From contig NZ_ATAY01000076.1 in NCBI RefSeq assembly GCF_000421965.1, positions 14,597-46,596 on the forward strand: a DNA stretch of 32,000 bases. The letters run 5' to 3'. A program made the translations under genes and the position numbers. This DNA comes from Ruminiclostridium papyrosolvens C7 (lineage in GTDB: Bacteria > Bacillota > Clostridia > Acetivibrionales > DSM-1351). This document shows, in pieces, positions 16,983 through 25,460 of this stretch (the first letter of the stretch is position 1; the number at the start of each line of letters is the position of its first letter). Below the pieces are notes generated by a model. That model searched no databases. It was not told the origin of the DNA and saw only the letters and a program-made list of their open reading frames with translations.

Positions 16983-17104
16983 TCTAAGGCTTTTAATAAA
17001 GTAACTTGCGGAATCATTTTAATAAAGTGAGCTGCAAGACTATTTTTTAGATAAATACTTCGTAACAAGAATAATTCATAATAAGAAATATAGGGGGTAG
17101 AATT

Positions 17105-18280
17105 ATGGGGAGAATAATTATTTTTACAGGTAAGGGTGGGGTTGGGAAAACAAGCACTGCAGCAGCACATGCGGTTAAGGCTGCGAGAGCCGGAAAGAAA
17201 ACCCTTCTTGTGAGTACTGACATGGCACACAATCTCAGTGACATATTCATGACGGAAGTAAGAGAAGAACCGATTGAAATTATGGAAAACCTTGATTGCT
17301 TGGAAATTGACTCAAACTATGAAATGAACAGAAATTATGAACATATTTCAGCTGCGTTCAAGAATATGATGACATTTAAAAGTGAGAAAGATACTGAGAC
17401 TTTTGAGGATATTGTAGTTTTTCCGGGTATCGAAGAGTTGTTTTCACTACTTCGAATCAAGGAGCTATATGACTCTGGGAGTTACGACCTGATTATAGTG
17501 GATTGTGCTCCCACCGGAGAAACCCTGTCACTACTAAAATTCCCGGAACTGTTTTCCTGGTATATGGAAAAGCTGTTCCCAATAGGCAAGGTGGCAATGA
17601 AGGTTTTAAGGCCTATTTCTAAGGTAGCATTCAAGCTGGATATGCCTGATTCGAAGGCCATGAATGATATAGAAAAGCTTTATATAAAATTGGGAGAGTT
17701 GCAGGGACTGCTGAAAGACCGGGATGTATGTAGTATCAGGCTTGTTACAATTCCTGAAAAGATGGTGGTAGAGGAAACAAAGAGAAATTACATGTACATG
17801 AACTTGTACAACTTTAATGTTGATGGCTTGTACATTAACCGTATAATTCCAGATGAAATAGATAACAAATTCTTTGATAGATGGAAGCTAATTCAAGAAA
17901 GTTATCTCAATGAGCTTAAGGCTGCTTTTTATAACATACCAACCTATGAAATTAAATGGTATGAAGTAGACATAAATGGGATAGAGGGTCTTGAGAGGAT
18001 AGTAAAGGATTCCCTGCAAGACAAAAACATATTTGAGGTAAACAAGAAAGCAGAGAGTGAGACCTTTGAAAAAACCGAAAAGGGCTATAGGTTAAAGGTT
18101 TATGTGCCTTTTACAAGCAAACAGGATTTTGAACTTCTTGAATCCGGGACTGATATTATAATCAAAATCGGAAATTTTAAACGAAATATACCCATTCCCA
18201 ATGTAATGAGGAAATATTCTGTGGTGTCAGCCAAGTTTGAATCAGAAGTACTTTGTATAGATTTTGCAGGAAAGGAGTGA
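17105..18280 (+). CDS. ArsA/Get3 (TRC40)-family P-loop ATPase with an HSP20/alpha-crystallin-like C-terminal domain, paralog 1
   Basis: It has a deviant Walker A FTGKGGVGKTS, STDMAHNLSD (the ArsA/Get3 DxAH[NS]L motif), FPGIEE, and VDCAPTGETLSLLKFPE (switch II, with Glu where His is usual). The beta-rich C-terminal part of about 90 aa reads YRLKVYVPF...IIIKIGNFKRNIPIP...SAKFESEVLCIDF. Confidence 0.8.
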   Translation: MGRIIIFTGKGGVGKTSTAAAHAVKAARAGKKTLLVSTDMAHNLSDIFMTEVREEPIEIMENLDCLEIDSNYEMNRNYEHISAAFKNMMTFKSEKDTETFEDIVVFPGIEELFSLLRIKELYDSGSYDLIIVDCAPTGETLSLLKFPELFSWYMEKLFPIGKVAMKVLRPISKVAFKLDMPDSKAMNDIEKLYIKLGELQGLLKDRDVCSIRLVTIPEKMVVEETKRNYMYMNLYNFNVDGLYINRIIPDEIDNKFFDRWKLIQESYLNELKAAFYNIPTYEIKWYEVDINGIEGLERIVKDSLQDKNIFEVNKKAESETFEKTEKGYRLKVYVPFTSKQDFELLESGTDIIIKIGNFKRNIPIPNVMRKYSVVSAKFESEVLCIDFAGKE

Positions 18281-18285
18281 ACCAC

Positions 18286-18510
18286 GTGAACAAAAAATTT
18301 ATAAAAAACATGATAAAGTCCGAAATACTAAGGTATGAAGCTTTTAAAGAAATTCTCCCGGAAGATGTAAAAACGAAATTGGAAGGTTTAGAGAAGGAAA
18401 TTGTAAGCGTGATGAAAGATATTGCTATTGATATAGTGACGGAGAACAGTAATAAGGATGAAGGTGCTGAAAGAAACGAGGTCAGGAAGGTGTCTATTGA
18501 CTTTTCATAA
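18286..18510 (+). CDS. Small (74 aa) predicted helical, charged protein of unknown function encoded between the two ATPase genes
   Basis: The GTG at 18286 lies 8 nt after AAAGGAG, which overlaps the end of the upstream gene. The sequence is VNKKFIKNMIKSEILRYEAFKEILPEDVKTKLEGLEKEIVSVMKDIAIDIVTENSNKDEGAERNEVRKVSIDFS. It has no TM segment. It is tightly packed, with a 5-nt gap upstream and a 21-nt gap downstream. Confidence 0.6.
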   Translation: MNKKFIKNMIKSEILRYEAFKEILPEDVKTKLEGLEKEIVSVMKDIAIDIVTENSNKDEGAERNEVRKVSIDFS

Positions 18511-18531
18511 TTCTAATGGAGGTATAATAAT

Positions 18532-19692
18532 ATGAGGATAATTCTATATACCGGCAAGGGTGGAGTGGGTAAAACCAGTATAGCTGCTGCTACAGCATGT
18601 AAAATAGCTGAGAACGGCAAACGTGTTTTGATAATCAGTACCGACCAGGCCCATAGTCTTGGAGATTCTTTTTCGGCAAAGCTGTCCAATGACCCGGTTA
18701 TGCTGGCAGAAAACCTTTTTGCCATGGAAATTGATTCTGTTCTTGAAAATGAGAAAATGTGGGGGAATATAAAAGAGTATATTGAAAGGCTTATGACCCT
18801 GAAGGCTGATAATAGTATAGAAACTGAGGAGTTGCTGGTATTTCCGGGATTCGACGAACTCCTTTCTCTGATAAAAATCAAAGAAATTTATGATGAGGGC
18901 AAATATGATGTTTTAATTGTAGACTGCGCCCCTACCGGAGAGACAATGTCACTCCTGAAGTTTCCGGATTTGTTTAAGTGGTGGATGGAAAAATTGTTTC
19001 CGATTAAAAGAAAGGGAGCGAAGCTTGTAAAGCCTGTTATTGAGGCAACTATAAAGATTCCTGTTCCCGGTGATGAGACTTTCGATGAAATTGAAAGTCT
19101 GTATTCAAAAATCGATGAGCTGCATCAACTTATGCAGGACAAAGAAAAGATAAGTATCCGTATAGTAACGACACCGGAAAAGATAGTTATAAAGGAGGCT
19201 AAGAGAAGCTTTTCATATTTACACCTTTTTGATTATAATGTTGATGGAATTATAATAAATAAGATATTTTCCAAAGAATCTCTTACAGGATATTTTGAGA
19301 AGTGGGATGAGATTCAAACAAGCAGTATTCATGATATCCTTGAGAGCTTTAACGGGATTCCGGTATTCAAACTTGAGCTTATGGACACTGATCTTAGAGG
19401 ATACGATGCCTTAAAGAAAGTGGGTGGATTATTGTATCAAAATACTGACCCGGAACAGGTACTTTTCAAAGATAGAATATTTGATGTGGTGAAAGAAGCC
19501 CAAGGATACATTTTTATAATAAATATGCCCTTCGTTGATAGAAATGAGCTGAAACTGCTCCAAAAGGGTGACGAAATTACCATCTCCATAAAGAATGAAA
19601 AAAGAAGCTTCATTTTACCTGTAAAATTGCAATCAAAGGAAATTACAGGAGCGAAGTATAATGAGGGAAAATTGTATATTCATTTTGCATAA
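18532..19692 (+). CDS. ArsA/Get3 (TRC40)-family P-loop ATPase with an HSP20/alpha-crystallin-like C-terminal domain, paralog 2
   Basis: It has YTGKGGVGKTS, STDQAHSLGD, FPGFDE and VDCAPTGETMSLLKFPD. It is collinear with paralog 1 along its whole length, at roughly 40% identity by eye. The C-terminal part reads YIFIINMPF...ITISIKNEKRSFILP...GAKYNEGKLYIHFA. Confidence 0.8.
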   Translation: MRIILYTGKGGVGKTSIAAATACKIAENGKRVLIISTDQAHSLGDSFSAKLSNDPVMLAENLFAMEIDSVLENEKMWGNIKEYIERLMTLKADNSIETEELLVFPGFDELLSLIKIKEIYDEGKYDVLIVDCAPTGETMSLLKFPDLFKWWMEKLFPIKRKGAKLVKPVIEATIKIPVPGDETFDEIESLYSKIDELHQLMQDKEKISIRIVTTPEKIVIKEAKRSFSYLHLFDYNVDGIIINKIFSKESLTGYFEKWDEIQTSSIHDILESFNGIPVFKLELMDTDLRGYDALKKVGGLLYQNTDPEQVLFKDRIFDVVKEAQGYIFIINMPFVDRNELKLLQKGDEITISIKNEKRSFILPVKLQSKEITGAKYNEGKLYIHFA

Positions 19693-19732
19693 TTATTTTC
19701 CGTATGCTATATTTGGATGGGGGTGAATACAT

Positions 19733-20401
19733 TTGATTAAAAGAATTCTTAGCATTTTAGGCGATTATTATCATGAACATGACATAGCACTTGAAGCAAT
19801 CAAAAAAGCAGTTGATATGCTGAATAAATCAGGCCCTCACACATTTGAACTCATTGATTCTGATGTAGACGGCCTTGAGAAAGCATTATCCCAGAAATTT
19901 GACCTTGTTATATTGGGCAAGGAGAACAGAATTAATCCCACTGATGAAGTAGTAAATAATTGGATGACTGTTGATATTGAAAAAAAAATTGTGGATTATG
20001 TAAACAATGGTGGAAGTTGGATGGCATGGCACTCAGGTTTAGCGTTGTATGATGAAACAGGAGAATACACAAAAATGATGGGCGGGTATTTTCTGAGCCA
20101 TCCAAGCGAACACAAGATTGTAAGGTATCTTCCTAAAGAAAATAGCAGCGGAATCAGACTGAATGAATCCTTTGAGGCCATGGATGAACATTATTTTATA
20201 AAATATAATCTTGACAACAGTCTTGTATTCCTTGACAGCGAATCCCCATACGGTAAATCTGAAGCAGGTTGGGCTCGTGAATTCGGGGATGGAAGGATTT
20301 GCTGTCTCGCTCCTACACATAGGGAAGAGGGACTTACAAACAAAGCAATGCTTGAGACTTTGGTTGCTTGTATCTCTTGGTGCTGCAGACTGTGGACATA
20401 G
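19733..20401 (+). CDS. ThuA-like domain protein (class I glutamine amidotransferase-like fold, trehalose-utilisation family)
   Basis: The TTG start lies 7 nt after GGGGGTG. Motifs: FDLVILG, VNNGGSWMAWHSG, MGGYFLSHP, DEHYF and GDGRICCLAPTH. Confidence 0.65.
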   Translation: MIKRILSILGDYYHEHDIALEAIKKAVDMLNKSGPHTFELIDSDVDGLEKALSQKFDLVILGKENRINPTDEVVNNWMTVDIEKKIVDYVNNGGSWMAWHSGLALYDETGEYTKMMGGYFLSHPSEHKIVRYLPKENSSGIRLNESFEAMDEHYFIKYNLDNSLVFLDSESPYGKSEAGWAREFGDGRICCLAPTHREEGLTNKAMLETLVACISWCCRLWT

Positions 20402-20437
20402 TTGCTTTTAGTACGACTAAATACGGGGGTGTAGTAT

Positions 20438-21829
20438 TTGCTAAACAATAATTTTATTTTAAACGGCAAAACAGCTAAATCTTTATATGAACGTTTTGCT
20501 AAAGATGCGCCGGTTTACGACTATCACTGCCATCTATCCGCAAAAGAGATTTATGAAGATGAGACTTTTTCGGATATTTCATCAATCTGGCTGGGATATG
20601 ACCATTACAAGTGGAGAACAATGCGTTTTGCGGGAGTACCTGAGATATATATAACCGGAGATGGAGACGGACGTAACAAATTCAAAATGTGGGCAAAGAC
20701 CTGCGAAAGGCTTATCGGAAGTCCCCTTTACCATTGGGCGAATATGGAGCTGGAGACTTACTTCGGGGTGAATGAAGTTTTAAAGGAAAGCAATGCAGAC
20801 AAAATATACGATTGCTGCAATGCAAAAATAAAGGAGGATAAGCTTTCTCCCGTAAAAATGATAATATCTTCCAATGTAAAGCTTATTTGTACTACGGACG
20901 ACCCGGTTGACTCCCTTGAATATCATTTACTACTGGGAAAGAAGACTGACAAAGGATTTTGGGTTTTACCTACTTTCAGGCCGGATAATGCACTAAAGAT
21001 ACTAAATGACAACTTTGTTGAATACATAAAAACACTCGAGACTTCTTCAAATATAAAGATTATAACTTATAAGGACTTATTAGCTGCTCTGAAAAACAGA
21101 ATTGAATTTTTCAGCCGGGCTGGCTGTGTTCTGTCGGATCACTCACTTGAAAGCCTTGTTTATTTGCCTACGGACTTTGATGAAGCTGGCAGTATATTTG
21201 AAAAGAAACTTAATGGAGCGCCTTTATCCGTTGAGGAGGCAGAAAAATATAAACTGTATACTCTATGCGTTTTAGCAGAGGCATATAAGGAAGCCGGATG
21301 GGCAATGCAACTGCATATTGGAGCTATCAGAAGTACCAATGATACCATGCTGAAAAAGGCTGGAGTTGATTCAGGGTTTGACATTATGAACGATTTCCAG
21401 ATTGCTGAACCTTTGGCAAAGCTCCTTAATGACATGGATAAAAAGAATTCGCTGCCTAAGACAATATTATACACACTGAATTCCAAGGATAATCTTGTTT
21501 TGTCCTCCCTTCCACACTGCTTTACGGAGGATGGTGTTCCTGGAAAGGTACAGTTCGGGGCAGCGTGGTGGTTCAATGACCACAGGGAAGGCATAACGGC
21601 CCACTTTAAAGCTATTGCAGATCAGGGCATGTTGGCATACTTCGTAGGAATGCTTACTGACTCCAGAAGCTTTCTGTCTTATGTAAGACACGATTACTTC
21701 AGAAGGATTCTGTGTTCATTTGTCGGTGACCTTGTTGACAAGGGAGAATTTGCTGATGATGATGCAATATTGGGAGAAATTGTTGAAGGTGTTTGCTATA
21801 AGAATGTAGTAAGATATCTGGGCTTATAA
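20438..21829 (+). CDS. uxaC: Glucuronate (uronate) isomerase
   Basis: The TTG start lies 6 nt after GGGGGTG. The N-terminus ...LYERFAKDAPVYDYHCHL matches the UxaC DYHCHL motif. The length (463 aa) and WWFNDH near the C-terminus fit the family. Confidence 0.9.
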   Translation: MLNNNFILNGKTAKSLYERFAKDAPVYDYHCHLSAKEIYEDETFSDISSIWLGYDHYKWRTMRFAGVPEIYITGDGDGRNKFKMWAKTCERLIGSPLYHWANMELETYFGVNEVLKESNADKIYDCCNAKIKEDKLSPVKMIISSNVKLICTTDDPVDSLEYHLLLGKKTDKGFWVLPTFRPDNALKILNDNFVEYIKTLETSSNIKIITYKDLLAALKNRIEFFSRAGCVLSDHSLESLVYLPTDFDEAGSIFEKKLNGAPLSVEEAEKYKLYTLCVLAEAYKEAGWAMQLHIGAIRSTNDTMLKKAGVDSGFDIMNDFQIAEPLAKLLNDMDKKNSLPKTILYTLNSKDNLVLSSLPHCFTEDGVPGKVQFGAAWWFNDHREGITAHFKAIADQGMLAYFVGMLTDSRSFLSYVRHDYFRRILCSFVGDLVDKGEFADDDAILGEIVEGVCYKNVVRYLGL

Positions 21830-21847
21830 GGATTGCTTAATAAGTTA

Positions 21848-21886
21848 AAGGGTTATTTTATCAAGGCTTGTGATAAAATAACCCTT
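21848..21886. terminator. Perfect 16-bp hairpin between convergent uxaC and the thioredoxin-domain gene (bidirectional terminator candidate)
   Basis: AAGGGTTATTTTATCA (21848-21863), a 7-nt loop, then TGATAAAATAACCCTT (21871-21886). Confidence 0.7.
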
Positions 21887-21909
21887 CTGTAGTATGTTTG
21901 AAAGTATCT

Positions 21910-23931
21910 CTAAGATAAAACCTCAGCCAGCTTTTCTGCCTCTGTAATAGGCTCCATACACGAAAAATTCCGGCATACATACGCTGCAGTCTTACCGTTT
22001 TGCGACTTATAGTCTCCAACAAAAGGTGCAATTTCAGTAAGCTCCGGCGATATATTTGAGATGGTTACAGCAAAGGGTAAATATTTACGGTTTAAGGTAT
22101 CTACCATCTCCTTGCCGTTTGTTCCTGCAATAACTACTTCTGACGATAAATCAGAAACGGAATACATGTAGCTGCAAAGCATGTAACTGTGCCCGGTTGG
22201 GGCTGCTTCAACCTGATTACTGAAAAAATCCATTATGGCTTTTGCTCTGTTTTCATATTCATGATGTCCGGTTATTCTTGCTAATCGCAACAGATTCATT
22301 GCTGCAACGGAGTTCCCGGAAGGAATTGCACCGTCATAACTTTCCCTTGGACGGGCAATAAGTTGTTCAGAATCATGTCCGTATAAAAATAATCCTGCAG
22401 AATTATTTTCTCCAAAGAGATTTAACATTACATCTGTCAATTTTAAGGCTCTTTTTAGATAAATGGTAGTAAACGTAGCCTCGTATAGTTCAAGCAATCC
22501 CCAGACAAGGAATGCGTAGTCTTCGAGGTAAGCAGGAAAAACTGCTTCTCCGTCACGGTAGCGAGCCAACAAACGTCCGTCAGTTCTGATAAGTTTTTTA
22601 TATATGAAATCAACGCATCTTTTAGCCGATTCAATGTACCTGTCTTCACCGAAAATCCTGCCGCAATAAGCCATTGCAGCTGTCATAAGCCCGTTCCAGG
22701 ATGTCAGAACCTTGTCATCCTTGTATGGATGGATTCTTTTTTCTCTGTGGTCAAAGAGTTTTTTGCGACATTCCTCTGCAAGATGCTTTTGTTGTTCGGG
22801 TAAAGTCCCTGTGTTAATAAGGTTTGGTATGTTCAAACCTTCAAAGTTGCCGGAGGATGATATGTCGAATATTTTACAATATTCTTCACCGTCCTTCGAG
22901 CCCAGAATGTCAATTACTTCCTCTCTTGACCAAATATAAAACTTGCCTTCAACACCTTCTGAATCAGCATCTTCGGCAGAATAAAAAGCGCCGAATTGAG
23001 AGGTCATATCTCTTTGTACATAATCAAGTATCTGTCTGGCAGTTTCTTCATAGTTTTTGTTTCCGGTTGCAGAATAAGCCTCTCCATGTGCGATAGCTAA
23101 GAGTGCATTGTCATAAAGCATTTTTTCAAAATGGGGAACAAGCCACTTTTTGTCTGTTGAGTATCTGCTGAATCCAAAGCCAATGTGATCGAAAATTCCG
23201 CCATTTTTCATTGATAAAAGAGTCTTTTCTACCATTTCAAGTGCAAAAGACTCTTTTTCCGTGTACCAGTATCTAAGCAAAAAGAGCAGCGTATGGGGAG
23301 ACGGGAATTTAGGAGAGGTTCCGAAACCTCCATATTCACTGTCAAAATTATATTTAAAATGTGTAAATGCTTCATGTATAATGTCTTTTGAAATTCTCGT
23401 GCCCTCGGAAGAGGTTTCCTGACTCACATGTTCTATGATGGTTTTTGCTGATTCTAATAGACTATCTCTTTTACTGTCCCATGCTTCTTTTACTGATTTA
23501 AGCAGAGACATAAGACCCATAAAGCCTCTACTGTCATATTTCGGAAAATATGTTCCGGCATAAAACGGCTGCTTGTCAGGGGTTAGAAATACTGTGAGAG
23601 GCCACCCGCCGTGGCCGGTTAATGCCTGACAGACGGACATGTAAATGCTGTCTATATCAGGTCTTTCTTCCCGGTCAACCTTTATACATATGAAATCCCG
23701 GTTCAATATGTGTGCTACTTCCTCATTCTCAAAAGATTCACGTTCCATTACATGACACCAGTGACATGTGCTGTAGCCTATGCTTAGAAAAATAGGTTTG
23801 TCTTCGCCTACTGCTCGTGAAAAGGCCTCCGGGCCCCAGGGATACCAGTCAACAGGGTTATATGCATGTTGGAGGAGATATGGGGATTTTTCTTGAATTA
23901 GTTTGTTAGGCATTTTATTATTTTCTGGCAT
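21910..23931 (-). CDS. Thioredoxin-domain protein of the YyaL/DUF255 family (N-terminal thioredoxin-like domain plus a six-hairpin glycosidase-like domain)
   Basis: [22 protein letters not shown]...[13 protein letters not shown] is the DUF255 signature. The likely start is the ATG at 23931 (MPENNK...), preceded by AAGGAAGTG. The ORF-track start at 23979 is less likely. Confidence 0.85.
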   Translation of the reverse strand: MPENNKMPNKLIQEKSPYLLQHAYNPVDWYPWGPEAFSRAVGEDKPIFLSIGYSTCHWCHVMERESFENEEVAHILNRDFICIKVDREERPDIDSIYMSVCQALTGHGGWPLTVFLTPDKQPFYAGTYFPKYDSRGFMGLMSLLKSVKEAWDSKRDSLLESAKTIIEHVSQETSSEGTRISKDIIHEAFTHFKYNFDSEYGGFGTSPKFPSPHTLLFLLRYWYTEKESFALEMVEKTLLSMKNGGIFDHIGFGFSRYSTDKKWLVPHFEKMLYDNALLAIAHGEAYSATGNKNYEETARQILDYVQRDMTSQFGAFYSAEDADSEGVEGKFYIWSREEVIDILGSKDGEEYCKIFDISSSGNFEGLNIPNLINTGTLPEQQKHLAEECRKKLFDHREKRIHPYKDDKVLTSWNGLMTAAMAYCGRIFGEDRYIESAKRCVDFIYKKLIRTDGRLLARYRDGEAVFPAYLEDYAFLVWGLLELYEATFTTIYLKRALKLTDVMLNLFGENNSAGLFLYGHDSEQLIARPRESYDGAIPSGNSVAAMNLLRLARITGHHEYENRAKAIMDFFSNQVEAAPTGHSYMLCSYMYSVSDLSSEVVIAGTNGKEMVDTLNRKYLPFAVTISNISPELTEIAPFVGDYKSQNGKTAAYVCRNFSCMEPITEAEKLAEVLS

Positions 23932-24109
23932 GGAATCACTTCCTTTATAATTTTGTAGTCTTGCTACTATATTTACCACAAAATTAGTATTCCAAAAGGG
24001 TAATGATGTATTCAGTTTTTAAATGTAGGAGTATTCATATTAACAGTACATTTAGCTCAATAGTTTTATCGTATGAGGTTTGGAGTAAACTGAAAATAAT
24101 TACTTTTTG

Positions 24110-24137
24110 TTGACGATAGTTTTTATAATATTACAAT
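24110..24137 (+). promoter_or_regulatory. Candidate sigma-A promoter upstream of the GNAT gene
   Basis: TTGACG (24110-24115), a 16-nt spacer, then TACAAT (24132-24137). Confidence 0.4.
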
Positions 24138-24231
24138 TACATATATAGTGCATTTGTATACTAAAAGACATGATATATAAATAACTAAAGCTTTTAGCAG
24201 GTTTAATAATTTTCAAAGGAGAATTAGATAA

Positions 24232-24747
24232 ATGAATATTTTTGAAACCGAGAGATTAATTATTAAGGAATATTCTATTAATGATGTTTCAGAGTTAAAT
24301 GAAATTTTATCAAGCCCTATAACTATGAGCTTTTGGCCTTCTCCATTTAGTTTACAACAGACCGAAGATTGGGTATACAATAACATTGGAAGATATAAGA
24401 AACTGGGATTTGGAAGATGGGCTGTTGTTTTAAAAGACAATGGTACGCTTATCGGTGATTGTGGAATTATGCTTTCGGAAATTGACGGTAAACAAGAAAA
24501 TGATTTAGGCTATATAATTAATTACCCATATTGGAGAAAAGGATTTGCAATAGAGGTAGTAAATGCATGTAAAGAATATGCTTTTATGAATTTAAAAATT
24601 AATAGATTATGTGCAAATATGCCGTTTAATCATGAGGGATCAAGAAAAGTTGCTGAAAAAATAGGGATGAAGAAAGAAAAAGAATTTTATAACAGTAGAA
24701 ATAGGGATATATTAACGTACTTATACTCAATCTCAAAAAATGATTAA
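24232..24747 (+). CDS. GNAT-family N-acetyltransferase (RimJ/RimL-like)
   Basis: 171 aa with an AAAGGAG RBS. The N-terminus FETERLIIKEY..., the later IGDCGI..., and YWRKGFAIEVVNACKEYAF (acetyl-CoA binding region) follow the Acetyltransf_3 pattern. Confidence 0.8.
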   Translation: MNIFETERLIIKEYSINDVSELNEILSSPITMSFWPSPFSLQQTEDWVYNNIGRYKKLGFGRWAVVLKDNGTLIGDCGIMLSEIDGKQENDLGYIINYPYWRKGFAIEVVNACKEYAFMNLKINRLCANMPFNHEGSRKVAEKIGMKKEKEFYNSRNRDILTYLYSISKND

Positions 24748-24786
24748 TTCAAACCGCCATTTAGTAAAAAAATTATTCTTGAAAGG

Positions 24787-25374
24787 ATGAGGGATATGAT
24801 ATTGGATCTATTAAAAAAGCGAAAAAGTGTAAGAAACTTTACAGGAGAAGAGGTTCCGGAAAAAGTTACTAATTATATTCTTGATGCCGGAAGGTTGTCA
24901 CCATCTGGTGGAAACCAGCAGCCTTGGAAATTCGGATTGATAACCGATAAGGAACTGATTAACGAAATTTCTGACATAGCTTATAAACAGAGTTGGATAA
25001 AAACGGCTGGCTTTCTGATTGTTCTCTGTACATACAATGTAGACAAATCATGTGGTGGCAGAGGTATTCAAAAAGCACGTTATCCGGGCATTGCTGAAAT
25101 AATAGATAATATGGACGATGAGATTTACACAAAACTGCATCTTGAAGAACACCAAACAAAAATTCCCGGGACGCATATGGTCATGGCTGCATTAGAACAT
25201 GGATTGGGGTCAACATGGGTTTCCTACTTTGATGTAGACAAACTTACACATTTTCTAAACCTGCCTAAACCTTATATTGCTTCCGAGATTATTGCTTTCG
25301 GCTATCCGGTTAATAATGAAAAAATAACAGATAAAAAGAGTTTTGATGAGGTTGTATTTTATAATAAGTTTTAA
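24787..25374 (+). CDS. Nitroreductase-family flavoprotein
   Basis: LLKKRKSVRNF, SPSGGNQQPWKF and a C-terminal AFGYP follow the nitroreductase fold pattern. The start may be the ATG at 24796, which is better spaced from AAAGGA. Confidence 0.8.
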   Translation: MRDMILDLLKKRKSVRNFTGEEVPEKVTNYILDAGRLSPSGGNQQPWKFGLITDKELINEISDIAYKQSWIKTAGFLIVLCTYNVDKSCGGRGIQKARYPGIAEIIDNMDDEIYTKLHLEEHQTKIPGTHMVMAALEHGLGSTWVSYFDVDKLTHFLNLPKPYIASEIIAFGYPVNNEKITDKKSFDEVVFYNKF

Positions 25375-25460
25375 CATCGCAAGCTAGGAAATATTTTAAC
25401 TGACTCTCTATGATAAACTTAAGTTACCGTACGGAGAAGGTAATTAAGAGGAGAACAGCT

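Noticed and set aside
18253-18285. The ORF-track start (ATG 18253) for the small inter-ATPase protein, which would overlap the end of the upstream gene by 28 nt.
   Set aside because: The GTG at 18286 is positioned 8 nt after a strong AAAGGAG and avoids the overlap. The extra N-terminal residues (MYRFCRKGVNH) look like out-of-frame read-through of the upstream gene's end.
17105-19692. Reading the two ArsA-family genes as an arsenical-resistance pump ATPase.
   Set aside because: - There is no arsB/acr3, arsC, arsR or arsD in the window.
- The proteins are separate half-size units with extra HSP20-like domains.
- They lack the cysteines needed for the metalloid-binding site.
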